Origin: Candidatus Hadarchaeota archaeon | Lineage (GTDB): Archaea > Hadarchaeota > Hadarchaeia > Hadarchaeales > JAWBSP01 | Assembly: GCA_964474885.1 (NCBI GenBank) | Contig: CAYYWO010000003.1 | Coordinates: 1-64,000 of the forward strand | Length of the DNA stretch: 64,000 bases | Direction of reading: 5' to 3' | Shown here: positions 38,618-49,370 of the stretch, piece after piece | Layout of the letters: every line of letters starts with the position of its first letter | Position numbering within the stretch: the stretch's first letter is position 1 | The notes under the pieces: generated by a model | What the model was told of the DNA's origin: nothing | Seen by the model: the letters and a program-made list of their open reading frames with translations, nothing else | Databases searched by the model: none | Program-made: the position numbers and the translations under genes

Positions 38618-39536
38618 GGGCCAGGCCTACAAGATCCTCCACCCGCCTGAAACTCTGCTCCTCGAGATATTTCCTCAGTCCCTCTTGGAGCTCCGGAAAG
38701 ATCCCGGGTCCCTTCAGGGCGACGGCGGAGCCCACCTGCACCGCCCTGGCGCCCGCCAGGAGGTATTCCACCGCATCCCTCCAGCAGGTGACCCCACCGC
38801 AGCCTATAAGGGGGATGGATAGCTCCTCGTACATTTCGTACACGCAGCGGAGGGAGACGGGCTTCAGGGCGGGCCCGGACATCCCCCCGAACTTGTTCGA
38901 GAGGATGGGCCTCCGGGAGCTGGGATCGATGAGCATGGAGCGGAGGGTGTTCAGCAGGACGAGGGCATCCGCCCCCTCCTCCTCCGCCCTCCTGCCGCAC
39001 TCGAGCAGGGAGTCGCAAAGCCCCAGCTTCACCCACATGGGCAGCTCCGTTTTTGACCTCACGCACCTCACGATCCTCGCCACTATTTCAGGGTCCGAGC
39101 CCAGCTCCAGCCCTCTCTTTTCAGCATGGGGGCAGGAGAGGTTGAGCTCGACCCCGGAGACCCTGAACCCGTTCACGAGCTCGGCCATTCGCGAGAACTC
39201 CTCCTCGCTCGAGCCGGCCAGGCTAACTATGACGGGCACGTTGGCTTTCAAAAGCTCGGGCAGCTCCTGCTTCAAGTACGTCTCGCAACCAGGGTTCGCC
39301 AGCCCCAGGGCGTTCAGGAGCCCCCCCTCGAAGCCCACGATAACGGGGGTCGGATATCCTTCCTTGGGTTCTAGGGTGAGGCTCTTTGTGACCACAGCAC
39401 CCGCGCCGCTCTCATAAGCCTTCCGGAGCAGGGAGCCGTAGGAAAGGATACCGGAGGCGAGTATGAAGGGATTCCTGAGCCTCAGCTTCCCCACGCGGAC
39501 CTCTAGACTCACAGGAACTTTAAGTTCTTTCCCCAT
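38607..39536 (-). CDS. pyrD: Dihydroorotate dehydrogenase, catalytic subunit
   Basis: NPFILASG, ELNLSCPH, GGMSGP. Confidence 0.95.
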   Translation of the reverse strand: MGKELKVPVSLEVRVGKLRLRNPFILASGILSYGSLLRKAYESGAGAVVTKSLTLEPKEGYPTPVIVGFEGGLLNALGLANPGCETYLKQELPELLKANVPVIVSLAGSSEEEFSRMAELVNGFRVSGVELNLSCPHAEKRGLELGSDPEIVARIVRCVRSKTELPMWVKLGLCDSLLECGRRAEEEGADALVLLNTLRSMLIDPSSRRPILSNKFGGMSGPALKPVSLRCVYEMYEELSIPLIGCGGVTCWRDAVEYLLAGARAVQVGSAVALKGPGIFPELQEGLRKYLEEQSFRRVEDLVGLAHEG

Positions 39537-40684
39537 CCGGGCTCACCAACAACTTCCTCTTCTAGCATAACAGGTTTTCCCCGGACGAAGGTTGCGACGG
39601 GCAGGCCCCTCACCTTCCACCCCTCGAAAGGAGACAATTTGCTCTTGCTCCGGAACTCCTCAGGCCTGATCACGCTCTCCGCCTTGAGGTCCACAACGGT
39701 GAAGCTCGCGTACTTCCCTTCCTCCAGGCTGCCCAGCCTCTTCAGCCCCAGGATCCTGGCAGGCTGCTCGGCCATGGCGCTTACCAGCCTCTCTAGGCTC
39801 AGCTCCCCCTTGTTCACCAGGGTGAGCAGGAGCGGGAGGGAAGTCTCGAGCCCTGGGAAGCCCGCCGCACCCTCCGCCTTCTCCTCGGGCAGATGGGGGG
39901 CATGGTCGGATGAGATGGCCTGGATGCCCCCCCGCCTGACCGCCTGAAGCAGGTACTCTGAGTCCTCCCTCCCCTTGATCGAGGGGTGGACTTTGGAATG
40001 GGGAGGGGAGCTCCCGCCCAAGAGCAGGTAGTGCGGACAGGTGTCGCAGGTAGCACCCCTGATCTGAGAGTGGCCGGCCCTAGAGGAGACGTGGGTTATG
40101 TGCAGCCTCCTCAGACCCAGCCCGCAGATCTCCCGGATGGCGTGGGCCTCGGCTTCGGGCGTCTCCCCGAGGGAGGGGTCCTCCGCGTGCACGACGGTGA
40201 GCATGCCGTGACCTTCCGCGTACTCGATGGACCTCAGAGTCTTCTCCCTCTGCCCGCTGTAGTACTCTTGGGGCATGAAGACTTTGAGGCCTAGGGCTAG
40301 TTTTTCGGTCCCCTCCAGCCTCCCCACGCCCACGTAAAAACCGTAGTCCACCAGGGCCTTCTGCCTGGCGATTTCCTCCCTCCACTTCAGAACCTCGAGC
40401 GAGTCCACTCTGGGCTTGGTGTTGGGCATGTCCGCAACGGCCACGAAGCCCCCAGCCGCGGCGGCGGAGGTCCCCGATTTGATGTCCTCCTTATAGGACA
40501 GGTCGAAATCCCTCAGGTGCACGTGCATGTCGATGAGCCCGGGTAGCACGAGCTTCCCCCCGAAATCGTACGTCTGGGGATCCCTCTCCCCCAGCCTGGA
40601 AATCCTGACTATGCGCTCCCCCTCGACCTTCATGCACCCCTCGATCAAACCCCTAGGCGTCAGGAGCCTGCCCTTAACCAACAA
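39509..40684 (-). CDS. pyrC: Dihydroorotase
   Basis: DMHVHLRD, DMPNT, SDHAPH. Confidence 0.93.
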   Translation of the reverse strand: MLVKGRLLTPRGLIEGCMKVEGERIVRISRLGERDPQTYDFGGKLVLPGLIDMHVHLRDFDLSYKEDIKSGTSAAAAGGFVAVADMPNTKPRVDSLEVLKWREEIARQKALVDYGFYVGVGRLEGTEKLALGLKVFMPQEYYSGQREKTLRSIEYAEGHGMLTVVHAEDPSLGETPEAEAHAIREICGLGLRRLHITHVSSRAGHSQIRGATCDTCPHYLLLGGSSPPHSKVHPSIKGREDSEYLLQAVRRGGIQAISSDHAPHLPEEKAEGAAGFPGLETSLPLLLTLVNKGELSLERLVSAMAEQPARILGLKRLGSLEEGKYASFTVVDLKAESVIRPEEFRSKSKLSPFEGWKVRGLPVATFVRGKPVMLEEEVVGEPGWGKNLKFL

Positions 40685-41450
40685 TTTCTTTCCTCCCGGC
40701 GGGATCTCTCCTCACCCTGCCGAAGTCCGTCCCCTCCAGCTCCCAGTCCTCGAAGACGGGCCCATCCGTGCACACCCGGAGGCCCCTGCCCAGCTCGCAG
40801 GAGCCGCATATCCCGAAGCCGCACTTCATGTACCTCTCCAGGCAGAGCTGGACCCGCCAGCCCTTCATCCTCCCGTGCTCCAGCACTTTTACCATCATGG
40901 GCTCAGGTCCGCACGTGAGCACCCAGTCGTACTCCCCATCCCCCAGCAAGTCGGTCACCAAGCCCTTCACCCCTGCAGATCCGTCTTGGGTTGCAACTAG
41001 GGTCTCCCCAAGCTCCCTGGCCTCATCCACAAAGAGGAGCTCCCCTCGCTTCTTGGCACCGATGAGGAACGTCAGCTCCTTACCCTTCAGCTCGTGCCCG
41101 GCGAAGATCAGGGGGGCCATTCCGTATCCTCCTCCTACAAGCAGGAACTTGGAGCCCTCGAGCTTGAACCCCCTTCCGTAGGGTCCCCTTATCCCAATGC
41201 GCTGGCCTGGCTCCAGTCCCTGCAATTTGGCACTTGTCTCACCTTCCCGGGAAACGGAGAGCCTAAGCAGGCCGTTGAAGTACCCGGAAGCACTTATAGG
41301 CACCTCTTCCGCCCCAGGCAGCCAGACCATGTAGAACTGCCCAGGCTTGGGAGGCTTGAGCGGGGTTCGGAGGTAAAGTGAGACCACCCTCTCGTTCTCC
41401 ACCCTCCTATCCTCCACCCTAGCAGCCGAGAATCCGAACTCTTTGAACAT
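40674..41450 (-). CDS. pyrK: Dihydroorotate dehydrogenase electron-transfer subunit
   Basis: PGQF, GPYG, CGPEPM, MKCGFGICGSC. Confidence 0.93.
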   Translation of the reverse strand: MFKEFGFSAARVEDRRVENERVVSLYLRTPLKPPKPGQFYMVWLPGAEEVPISASGYFNGLLRLSVSREGETSAKLQGLEPGQRIGIRGPYGRGFKLEGSKFLLVGGGYGMAPLIFAGHELKGKELTFLIGAKKRGELLFVDEARELGETLVATQDGSAGVKGLVTDLLGDGEYDWVLTCGPEPMMVKVLEHGRMKGWRVQLCLERYMKCGFGICGSCELGRGLRVCTDGPVFEDWELEGTDFGRVRRDPAGRKEIVG

Positions 41451-41920
41451 TACTGGAACTGGTCGACGACCTCCTCCTGCGTGATGTATGTACCGCAGTA
41501 CTCACAGCGGAGGAGGACGGGGGAGCGCGAGAGGGTCCTGAAACGGGGAGTAACGGGCTCCCTAGGTTTGTTTGAGATGCAGTTCGGGTTGGTGCAGCGA
41601 ATGAGGTCCCTTATCTCATCTGGGAGCTGGACTTTCAGCTTGCTCACCACGCGGTAGTCCCTGATGGTGTTTATGGTGGCTTGTGGGGCTACGAGCGCGA
41701 TCTTGTTCACCTCCTCAGCTTTAAGTTCCTTTCCTTCTATCTTGACCATGTCCTTCCTCCCCAGCTTCTTGGAGTCAGCTTGGATCACTATAGCTATGGT
41801 CAGCCCCTCCCTCCCCGTCAAGCCGAGAATTCTGAGGACTGAGAGGGCCTGCCCAGCAGGGATGTGGTCTATGACGGTCCCGTTCTTGATCCTCCTAACG
41901 ATCAAGCCTTCCTCTCTCAC
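41450..41920 (-). CDS. pyrI: Aspartate carbamoyltransferase regulatory subunit
   Basis: GTVIDHI, CTNPNC, CEYC. Confidence 0.95.
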   Translation of the reverse strand: MREEGLIVRRIKNGTVIDHIPAGQALSVLRILGLTGREGLTIAIVIQADSKKLGRKDMVKIEGKELKAEEVNKIALVAPQATINTIRDYRVVSKLKVQLPDEIRDLIRCTNPNCISNKPREPVTPRFRTLSRSPVLLRCEYCGTYITQEEVVDQFQ

Positions 41921-42828
41921 TCCACCGCCCCCAGCACCATGCTAAGCAGGGCCTGTCTGACGCTTACACCGTAGGCCGCCTGCCTGAAGTACTTGGCGTG
42001 GGGGGTGCTATCCACCTCTAGGTCTATTTCATCCACCCTGGGCAGCGGGTGCATGACTATCAAGTTCTTTTTCGCCCTCCTCAGGTCCTCCACCGTAAGC
42101 CTGTAGCTCCCCTTCACCTTCTCGTACTCGGCGGGATCGGGGAACCTCTCCTTCTGGATTCTGGTCACGTAGAGAACATCGAGCGACTCGAGCTCCAGCT
42201 CCTCCTTCTCCTCGATCGGGATGCCGGCCTGCTTGAGGTGGTCCCTTACCTCCCTCCTGATCCTGAGGAGAGGGGGTGAAATGAGGTGGATCTTTTTTGG
42301 CCTGAACTTGGACAAGCCGTAGAGGAAGGAGGAGGCAGCCCTGCCGTACTTCAGATCCCCCAGCAGTCCTATCTCCAGGTCATCTATCCTCCCCATCTCC
42401 CTCCAGACCGTGTACAGGTCCAGCATGGCTTGGGTGGGGTGGTGCCTGGAGCCGTCCCCCCCATTTATCACGGGGGCCTCGGCCACCTCGGCGGCGAGCT
42501 TGGCAGCACCCTCCATTGGATGCCTGATCACGATCACGTCCGCGTAGGCGTCCAGCATCCTGATGGTATCGGCCAGGTTCTCCCCCTTCATGACTGAGGT
42601 GCCCTCGGTCCCACCGAAACCTATGACGGAGCCCCCCAGCCTCTGCATGGCGGTGGTGAAGCTGAGGCGCGTCCTCGTGCTGGGCTCGAAGAAGGCAGTG
42701 GCGAGGATCTTACCCCTGAGATAGGGCTTGATCTCCCCCTCCTCGACCTTTCGTGTCACCTCAAACAGATGCTCCAGCTCCGACCTGTCGAAGTCCAGAA
42801 TGGTCAGGATGTCCCTACCCCTGAACAT
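41917..42828 (-). CDS. pyrB: Aspartate carbamoyltransferase catalytic subunit
   Basis: [18 protein letters not shown]. Confidence 0.97.
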   Translation of the reverse strand: MFRGRDILTILDFDRSELEHLFEVTRKVEEGEIKPYLRGKILATAFFEPSTRTRLSFTTAMQRLGGSVIGFGGTEGTSVMKGENLADTIRMLDAYADVIVIRHPMEGAAKLAAEVAEAPVINGGDGSRHHPTQAMLDLYTVWREMGRIDDLEIGLLGDLKYGRAASSFLYGLSKFRPKKIHLISPPLLRIRREVRDHLKQAGIPIEEKEELELESLDVLYVTRIQKERFPDPAEYEKVKGSYRLTVEDLRRAKKNLIVMHPLPRVDEIDLEVDSTPHAKYFRQAAYGVSVRQALLSMVLGAVE

Positions 42829-43420
42829 GCTCTCCTTTCACATAGATCAAGAGGTTTTCAAGCTGTCTGTCGCTAAGCCTCCCCGCCTCATGCAGTTCCT
42901 TGAAAAGCTGGGTCACCCTCATGAAGGAGTGCAGGGAAATGTTCCCACGTTTCAGCCTCTCTTCAGCTCCTTGCTCCCTGTCGACCAGCACCGTAGCATC
43001 CCTGACCTGCGCTCCTTGTTCTCTGAGAGTCTCTGTAGCCATGAGCAAATTCTGGCCGGAAGTGGCGACGTCATCCACGAGCAGAACAAGGTCCCCTTTC
43101 TGGATCTCCCCCTCCACCGTTCTCTCCGTCCCGTGGGGCTTCTCCCGCTTCCGGACGTACAGGAAGGGCTTCCTCAGCCTGTACGCGAGCAGGCACGCAA
43201 GCGGTATGCCTGCCGTCGCTATCCCGGCCACCCTGTCAAACTCCAGCCCCCTGACCACCTGCAGGTAGGCCTCTAGGGTCAGATCCAGCAGCTCCGGGTA
43301 GGAGCACACCCTCCGCAGGTCGATGTAGTAGGGGCTGGAACCGCCCGAGGACAGCTTGAACTCACCGAACAGGATGCACCCCTTTTCCAGCAACTCAAGG
43401 CTTAACTTCCTTGAGAGCAT
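42815..43420 (-). CDS. pyrE: Orotate phosphoribosyltransferase
   Basis: [22 protein letters not shown]. Confidence 0.95.
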   Translation of the reverse strand: MLSRKLSLELLEKGCILFGEFKLSSGGSSPYYIDLRRVCSYPELLDLTLEAYLQVVRGLEFDRVAGIATAGIPLACLLAYRLRKPFLYVRKREKPHGTERTVEGEIQKGDLVLLVDDVATSGQNLLMATETLREQGAQVRDATVLVDREQGAEERLKRGNISLHSFMRVTQLFKELHEAGRLSDRQLENLLIYVKGEHVQG

Positions 43421-44090
43421 GCCAGATCCGCTCCGCCTCTTTTTCGGGCTCTTCCGACAGCAGGATCCTCCTGCCCACGATCTCGAAGTCCGCACCGACG
43501 GCGACGGCACTGCCAGGCTCCGCACCTTGAGCCCCGACCCCTGGGGATAGGATGAGGACCTCAGGGTACTCGGAGCGGGCCCGGGAGATGAGCTCGGGCT
43601 TCTGAGCGGGAAGGATGAAACCGTCCACCCCAGCCTCCCAGGATTTCCTCATGAGCTCTTGGGTGTGCAGGTTGAGGAACTCTGCAGAGCCCGGATGGCT
43701 CATGGAGCAAACGGCGAGCAAACCCCTGTTACCTTTCCTCTTGGCAAGCTCTGTAGCGGCCCCCTCAAAGCCCACAAAAGGATGGAAAATCAGAGCATCG
43801 AAGCCTGCGTCAAAGACTCTCTGGGCAACTATCGCCTCTATGTGCCCGACATCAGCGAGCTTCCCATCGAAGATGTAAAGCAGATCAGGATCCACTTTCG
43901 GGAGCTCGAGAGCCCTCAGCCCTAGGTGGAGCAGAGCCGGCAGGCCGACCTTTATCCCCGCAATGAAGTCCCTGAGCCTGCGGAGGAGGGAGGAAGCCTC
44001 CTCCAGCTCCATTCTGTGCCCGGGGTCAAAGGCGAGCAGTACCCTGGACCTGCTCGCAACCCTCTTCGCCTTTAATTTGAACCCTTCCAA
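43395..44090 (-). CDS. pyrF: Orotidine-5'-phosphate decarboxylase
   Basis: LAFD, DGKLADVG, SMSHP, SPGVGAQG; TTG start inferred. Confidence 0.9.
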   Translation of the reverse strand: MEGFKLKAKRVASRSRVLLAFDPGHRMELEEASSLLRRLRDFIAGIKVGLPALLHLGLRALELPKVDPDLLYIFDGKLADVGHIEAIVAQRVFDAGFDALIFHPFVGFEGAATELAKRKGNRGLLAVCSMSHPGSAEFLNLHTQELMRKSWEAGVDGFILPAQKPELISRARSEYPEVLILSPGVGAQGAEPGSAVAVGADFEIVGRRILLSEEPEKEAERIWHALKEVKP

Positions 44091-44128
44091 ATCCCCCCTA
44101 TCTTCCGATCGGGGGCTTAAAAAAGGTG

Positions 44129-45004
44129 TCAGAGACCGGGTAGCTCGAAGGAGTCGCTCAGGAGGCCCCTCATGGGATCCCCTTTTTCCAGCCTCTCCCG
44201 GATAGTGCGCATGTTGAAGGAGGAGGGAGAGATATCTCCTTCCAGCTCTTTCCATTTGAGGGGCGTCGAGACGGGAGCCTCGGGGAGGGGTTTGAGGGAG
44301 TACGGGGCGGTGATGGTCTTCCCTAGTGAATTCTGGGCGAAATCGATGAGGACCTTGCCCTTCCGCTCGGAGACAGGGATCATCTGCGAGAGGACGACGG
44401 GCTCTAGCCTTTCCAAGTTCAGGGCGATGGCTCTGACGAGGGTCCTCGTCTCCTCAAAACTGTACCTCCCCCTCCTCAGTCCTACCAGGATGTGGAGCCC
44501 GGTAGCCCCGGAGGTCTTCACGTAGCCTTTTATCCCCAGGCTCTGGAGCAGGTCCTTTATGAGAAGGGCGACCCGGCAGGCGTCCCTGAAGTTAGCCGGC
44601 GGGAAGGGATCCAGGTCGAAGAGCAAAAGGTCGGGATGCTCGTAGTCCTGGGTGGTCGAGAGGGTGATGTGGAACTCCAGGTTCGAGAGGTTGGCCAGCC
44701 AGACCAAGGTGGCCTTGTCGTTGCACAGGACGTAGCGGATCCTCTTCCCCGTCTCCGCCACGTACTCGAACTTGGGCACCCACTCAGGGGCGAAGGGTGC
44801 GTCCTTCCTCACGATGCGCTTTCCGCCCACCCCATCGGGGTAGAGCTGGAGTGTGAGGGGCCTCCCGCGGAGGTAGGGGAGGATCAGGTCGGAAACGGAT
44901 AGGTAATACTTTATGACCTCTGCCTTGCTGATCCCGGGAAACATCTCCTTCTGCAGCCTCGTGAGTCTGATGACCTTCCCCTCGAACTCCACGGGGGTTT
45001 CCAT
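44129..45004 (-). CDS. Stand-alone LigD-type primase-polymerase (NHEJ Pol domain)
   Basis: RPLTL..YPDG, FDLDP, KTSGATGLH, IDFAQN, APYS, PVSTPL.W. Confidence 0.9.
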   Translation of the reverse strand: METPVEFEGKVIRLTRLQKEMFPGISKAEVIKYYLSVSDLILPYLRGRPLTLQLYPDGVGGKRIVRKDAPFAPEWVPKFEYVAETGKRIRYVLCNDKATLVWLANLSNLEFHITLSTTQDYEHPDLLLFDLDPFPPANFRDACRVALLIKDLLQSLGIKGYVKTSGATGLHILVGLRRGRYSFEETRTLVRAIALNLERLEPVVLSQMIPVSERKGKVLIDFAQNSLGKTITAPYSLKPLPEAPVSTPLKWKELEGDISPSSFNMRTIRERLEKGDPMRGLLSDSFELPGL

Positions 45005-45022
45005 CAGAGTTTGATGTTCTAG

Positions 45023-45468
45023 GGTTCTGAAAAACGGTAACAAACGTACCGTTTTTCTCGGGAATCATCCCGCTCGGCCCCCTCGAGGGTTCACAGGGAC
45101 CTCCTCACGCTCCTCCCCTGTCAGGACGAACCCCACGACCCTATCGAACCACTCCGGGTCGTGGGGGAGTCCCTCCATCTGAAGGTAAAGGTTACTGCTG
45201 CGTTCAGCTGCCTGTCAATCCCAGCCCGCACGCTCCGCACCCGGAGGTAGCTCCTTTCGGGGCTTCGTTGAGTTCCCCACCTGGTGGAGTCGTGCGGGTC
45301 GAGGGGCTCGCCGACGCGTGCCTTGTAGCATGGCTCGTAGCTGCGACCAGTTCGCCGGGTCGAAGGCGTCGAGGGATGCCTCCTTCGAGTCCCATGCTAG
45401 CCGCTGACGGTCCTTGGGCGCGGACCTCCCTGAAGGTCAGGATGAGCGAGTCGTCCTTGAGGATGAGC
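45023..45468 (-). mobile_element. Decayed TnpB element remnant, copy 2 (inverted)
   Basis: Reverse complement of 13063-13508; both ends align without offset, mismatches seen only near the right end. Confidence 0.8.
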
Positions 45469-46100
45469 TCCCTTGGCCCCCCTGCTCCAGAACCAAGCGT
45501 TTCAGAGGTCAAGCTCCAGGTAGCGTTTTCTAGGTTCGAGCGTTATCCGGAGCTTCCGGTCGCGCAGCACGTAAAGCGTCTGGGTGGAGGTGCACAACAG
45601 GGGCCTGCGGGGGACGTACGTCACTGGGTTCCTGGTCAGGAGTGGGGGAAGCTGAGCCTGATATCCTTGGAAGAGGTCGCCTACTCGGCAGGACGCACCC
45701 TCCGTTTCTCCAATCATCCATGACCCAGGAGATCGTGTGGAGGCAGGAGAACCCGAAACTACCTGCTGCCCAACGAGACCAAGGTTTTCGTGCTGGATCC
45801 TCGCAGCTTCGACTACATAGCGGTCAAGGGGGACCACACAAGTTCTACCCCCCCATCCGGCATCTGGAGCCCTTCCTGATCACCGTCCTGGGCGTGGCCC
45901 TGGATGCCGAGACCTCAGGCCCGTCCCCTTCTCCTATTCCCTGACGCTCTCATCTTCCCCGCTGCACCTGAGAAGGGAAGGCTGAGAATGGAAAGTTCAG
46001 ATTGCGCGTCTCGGACGAGGACCACACTTGCCTGCTCCGCCTGTCCTCCCCAGGCTACAAGAATGTGGTGCTTACGGGGCAACTGAAGGCCGGGGAGTGC
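45469..46100 (+). pseudogene. Frameshifted remnant of an unknown protein gene
   Basis: Protein-like segments in alternating frames (NYLLPNETKVFVLDP; HKFYPPIRHLEPFLITVLG). Confidence 0.3.
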
Positions 46101-46116
46101 AAGATCCTCAGGGTGC

Positions 46117-47193
46117 TCATGGACTACGACCCCTTCGACCTCCGGCTGTCCTAGGAAGCGTCCAGTTGAGCCAGTCGGCCAGCTCCCCCACCGGGATGAG
46201 CCTGACTTTCCTCAGCTCGCGGAGGTTTTTGCTCCCAGTGAGGAAGAGCGTGACCTTCAGCTCCCAGATGAACCTCTGCAGGTAGGAGTAGAGGAAGCGC
46301 TTCCCTTTCAGCGCAGCCCTGAGCAGGGGGAGCGCCAGGGAGACGGCCTTGGCTCCCAAGCAGAGGGCCTTGGCCGCATCACATCCCGATCTTATCCCCC
46401 CTCCCGCCACCACCGGGATCCTCAGCGCGCGAGCCAGCTCGGCCACGCAAACGGGGGTGGGGATGCCCCAGTTGACGAACGGGTTGTCTGGCTCGCCCCT
46501 CCTGATCCCCTCCACCTTTCCCCAAGAAGTACCTCCAGCCCCTCCCACATCCACTGCGGACACGCCTGCCTTTTGCAGGGCCTCCCCCACGTCCCTGCTT
46601 ATGCCGCTCCCCGTCTCCTTGACCAGAACGGGCGCTTCAAGGTCAGAGCAGATCTTCCGTATCTTTTGGAGGACACCTCTGTACCTCGGGGATCCCTCCG
46701 GCTGGATGGCCTCCTGGAGGGGGTTGAGGTGGAGGCAGAGGGCATCCGCCTGGATCATCTCGATGGCGAGCTTGGAGAGCTCTACCTCACGCCCCTCGGG
46801 GAGCTGGGAGGGACTCAGGTTGGCGAAGAGGAGGACGTCGGGAGCCACATCCCTGACCTGATAGGTGTAGGCCAGACTCCGATCCTCCAACGCGGCATGC
46901 AGACTCCCGACCTCGAAGCCCAGGCCGAAATCCTGGGCAGCCGAGGCTAGGAGCTTGTTTATCTTCGTCGCCTCCTTCGTCCCTCCGGTTATGGCTGAGA
47001 TGATTATCGGTGCTCGGAGCTCCTTCCCCAAGAACTCCGTGGAGACGTCCACCTCGTCCAGATCGATCTCCGGCAGGGCATTGTGCACGAAGTTGAGCTG
47101 CTCGAAGCCCGGCACCCCCTCCATCTCCACATCCCTCTTCGCACAGATCCAGAGCTGGTCGGATTTCCTCCGGCTGATCCGCCCCGTCCCCAC
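46117..47193 (-). CDS. fni: Type 2 isopentenyl-diphosphate isomerase
   Basis: HNALPE, AITGG, HLNPLQE, KETGSG, GAGGTSW. Confidence 0.95.
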   Translation of the reverse strand: MGTGRISRRKSDQLWICAKRDVEMEGVPGFEQLNFVHNALPEIDLDEVDVSTEFLGKELRAPIIISAITGGTKEATKINKLLASAAQDFGLGFEVGSLHAALEDRSLAYTYQVRDVAPDVLLFANLSPSQLPEGREVELSKLAIEMIQADALCLHLNPLQEAIQPEGSPRYRGVLQKIRKICSDLEAPVLVKETGSGISRDVGEALQKAGVSAVDVGGAGGTSWGKVEGIRRGEPDNPFVNWGIPTPVCVAELARALRIPVVAGGGIRSGCDAAKALCLGAKAVSLALPLLRAALKGKRFLYSYLQRFIWELKVTLFLTGSKNLRELRKVRLIPVGELADWLNWTLPRTAGGRRGRSP

Positions 47194-47196
47194 GCT

Positions 47197-47724
47197 TTAT
47201 AGGGTTGCAGAGTTCTTAAACATCTGCCTGCATCGGCTGCAGAAATCCCTCCCCTTCCTATCCACGTCCAGCACGCTGTTGGAGAAGCTCATGACGCATC
47301 TGGGGTTGGGGCAGTGCAGGAGCCCAAAGGTGTGCCCGAGCTCGTGGACGGACTCCTTCACGAGCCTCTCGAAAAAAAGCCCGGGATCCGGCTCCGCACC
47401 GTAGAAGGAGGGGTCAAGCCGGTGGGTGGACACTACAGCCCCTCTCCCCGGACACTGGGCCTGGCCGAAGATGAAGTTCAGGTTCAGGGAGGAGGAAGTG
47501 TAGAGGTCAACGGAGGTAACGGCTAGGAACCTGCCCGGAATCCTGGAGAGCAGCCTGTCCAGGATGACGTTCGCGTCGTACTGCCTCCTGCTCGGGTTGA
47601 AGGAGCCCGGGGGCACCTCCAGGAAAGGGCCCACCAGGAACCTCATTCCAAAGACCTCCTCGAGCTCCCCGGAGAGCTCCTCCAAGCTTGCGTCCGTCTC
47701 CAAGCCCAGGACCCGGATGACCAT
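47197..47724 (-). CDS. amzA: Archaemetzincin (M54 zinc metalloprotease)
   Basis: KESVHELGHTFGLLHCPNPRCVMSFS...FCSRC. Confidence 0.92.
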   Translation of the reverse strand: MVIRVLGLETDASLEELSGELEEVFGMRFLVGPFLEVPPGSFNPSRRQYDANVILDRLLSRIPGRFLAVTSVDLYTSSSLNLNFIFGQAQCPGRGAVVSTHRLDPSFYGAEPDPGLFFERLVKESVHELGHTFGLLHCPNPRCVMSFSNSVLDVDRKGRDFCSRCRQMFKNSATL

Positions 47725-47755
47725 CGGCTCTTAACCGAGAGCCGCAAAATGCTTG

Positions 47756-48928
47756 ATGGGGATATTTCTGGACAGCGGGAAGCTCCTGCCGGATTACCTC
47801 CCTCCTAGGTTGCCGCACAGGGAGAAGGAGCTCAAGCGTCTGCACAGCCTCTTCTCGGACTTCTTCCGGGAGAAAATTTCCAAGCGCGTGCTGATAGTCG
47901 GCGGGATAGGAGTTGGAAAGACAGCCCTTAGCCAGAGCTTTGGGAGGGAAGCGGAGAAGAAACAGGAGGCTCATTATGTTCACGTTAACTGCAGGATCAC
48001 CTCCTCCCCCTACCTGATACTCCACCAAGTGATGAGGAAGTTCAGGCCAACCTACCCGGTGAGGGGGTTCTCCACGTGGGAGGTTCTGAACGATCTCGTC
48101 TCGCATTTGGAGAAGAGGGACGAGAGACTCATCGTGACCCTAGACGAGCTCGACTTTCTGGTCGAGACGAGGGGTCCGGACTTGCTCTACAATCTGACCA
48201 GGTACGTGGAGCAGAACCCCCAGGCTTGGAGGATCGCCCTGATCGGGGTGAGCAGGGACCCGCACTTCCTGAACAGACTCGATGCCCCCACCCGTAGCAC
48301 CTTCATGCACAATCTGCTCGAGCTCAGTAAATACACCCGAGAGCAACTCTTCGACATCCTGAAGTACCGGGCCGAGGAAGCGATTCTGCCTGGAAAGGTG
48401 GAGGAAGAGTGCCTTAGGCTGATAGCGGACATGGCTGCGCCCCTGGGGGACGCCAGGTACGCCCTGGAGATCCTTTACCGGGCAGGCTGCCTGGCGGAGA
48501 ACAGGAGGGATCCGGAGATAACGCCCGAGCACGTGAGGGAGGCCAAGGCGAGCATCTACCCCAGCTTTCCCAAGCACAGGCTGGAGGGGTTGCACCCTCA
48601 TGAGGTTCTGATCCTGCTAGCAGTCGCGAGGCGGCTCAGGTCCACCCGGGCAGCCTACACGACCTCGGGGGAGACATACGAGGCGTACCATATCGCCTGC
48701 GAGGAGTACGGCTTTAAACCGCTAGTTTACGCCCAGTTCCTAGTTCACTTGGACAGGCTGAGGGCCCTCGGGATGCTGAGCGCGAAACACTTCAGGGCGA
48801 GGGGCCAGACCACCCTCCTGAGCATAGAGGAGGCCCCCGTCGAGGGGCTAGTGAAAGAGCTGGAACAGCTGGTTGAGAGGAGGCTCAAAAGGGCCGATCA
48901 GTCTCGGTGTGGGTCATCCTATTTTTAG
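47756..48928 (+). CDS. cdc6: Orc1/Cdc6 replication initiator
   Basis: LLPDYLP.RLPHRE, GGIGVGKT, LDELD, GDAR, C-terminal winged helix. Confidence 0.93.
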   Translation: MGIFLDSGKLLPDYLPPRLPHREKELKRLHSLFSDFFREKISKRVLIVGGIGVGKTALSQSFGREAEKKQEAHYVHVNCRITSSPYLILHQVMRKFRPTYPVRGFSTWEVLNDLVSHLEKRDERLIVTLDELDFLVETRGPDLLYNLTRYVEQNPQAWRIALIGVSRDPHFLNRLDAPTRSTFMHNLLELSKYTREQLFDILKYRAEEAILPGKVEEECLRLIADMAAPLGDARYALEILYRAGCLAENRRDPEITPEHVREAKASIYPSFPKHRLEGLHPHEVLILLAVARRLRSTRAAYTTSGETYEAYHIACEEYGFKPLVYAQFLVHLDRLRALGMLSAKHFRARGQTTLLSIEEAPVEGLVKELEQLVERRLKRADQSRCGSSYF

Positions 48929-48933
48929 AAGGT

Positions 48934-49370
48934 ATGCCTGTATACCAAATAATAACGATAAAGCTCACGCAAGAAATCAAAAGGGCCCAGCGAAGAGGAA
49001 AAAAGGGCATCCGAGAGAGTCCTACGAGAGTGTCATCAAGAGACTGCTGGAGACGGAGCCACCCCCCTTCTGTGAGATGCTGGTGAAAGCTTACCACTAC
49101 CTCAGGAGCCGGGGGGTCAAAAACATTCAAGTTTTTGGCTCCAGGCTCAGGGGGGAGGGTGGCCCAGAAAGCGACCTCGACCAGCTCGTTGACCTTCCCG
49201 AGGGCACGAGCCTCTTGGACTTGGTCGGGATGGAGCATGAGCTCTCGGAGCTACTGAGGGTTAAGGTGGACCTTGTGCCGAGATCGGCGTTGAACCCCTT
49301 TCTGCGTGATCGGATTTTGCGCGAGGCTCGGGATGTACTCGAGGTCGCGAAAGATGAGCGAAAGGAGTGA
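48934..49370 (+). pseudogene. MNT antitoxin with frameshifted N-terminal RHH-like segment
   Basis: FGSRLRG...SDLD...KVDLV; upstream IITIKL and HPRESYESVIKRL lie in different frames. Confidence 0.65.

Noticed and set aside
47725-47755. Origin next to cdc6
   Set aside because: Only a 31-bp gap with a short hairpin (CGGCTCT/AGAGCCG) and no ORB-like motif
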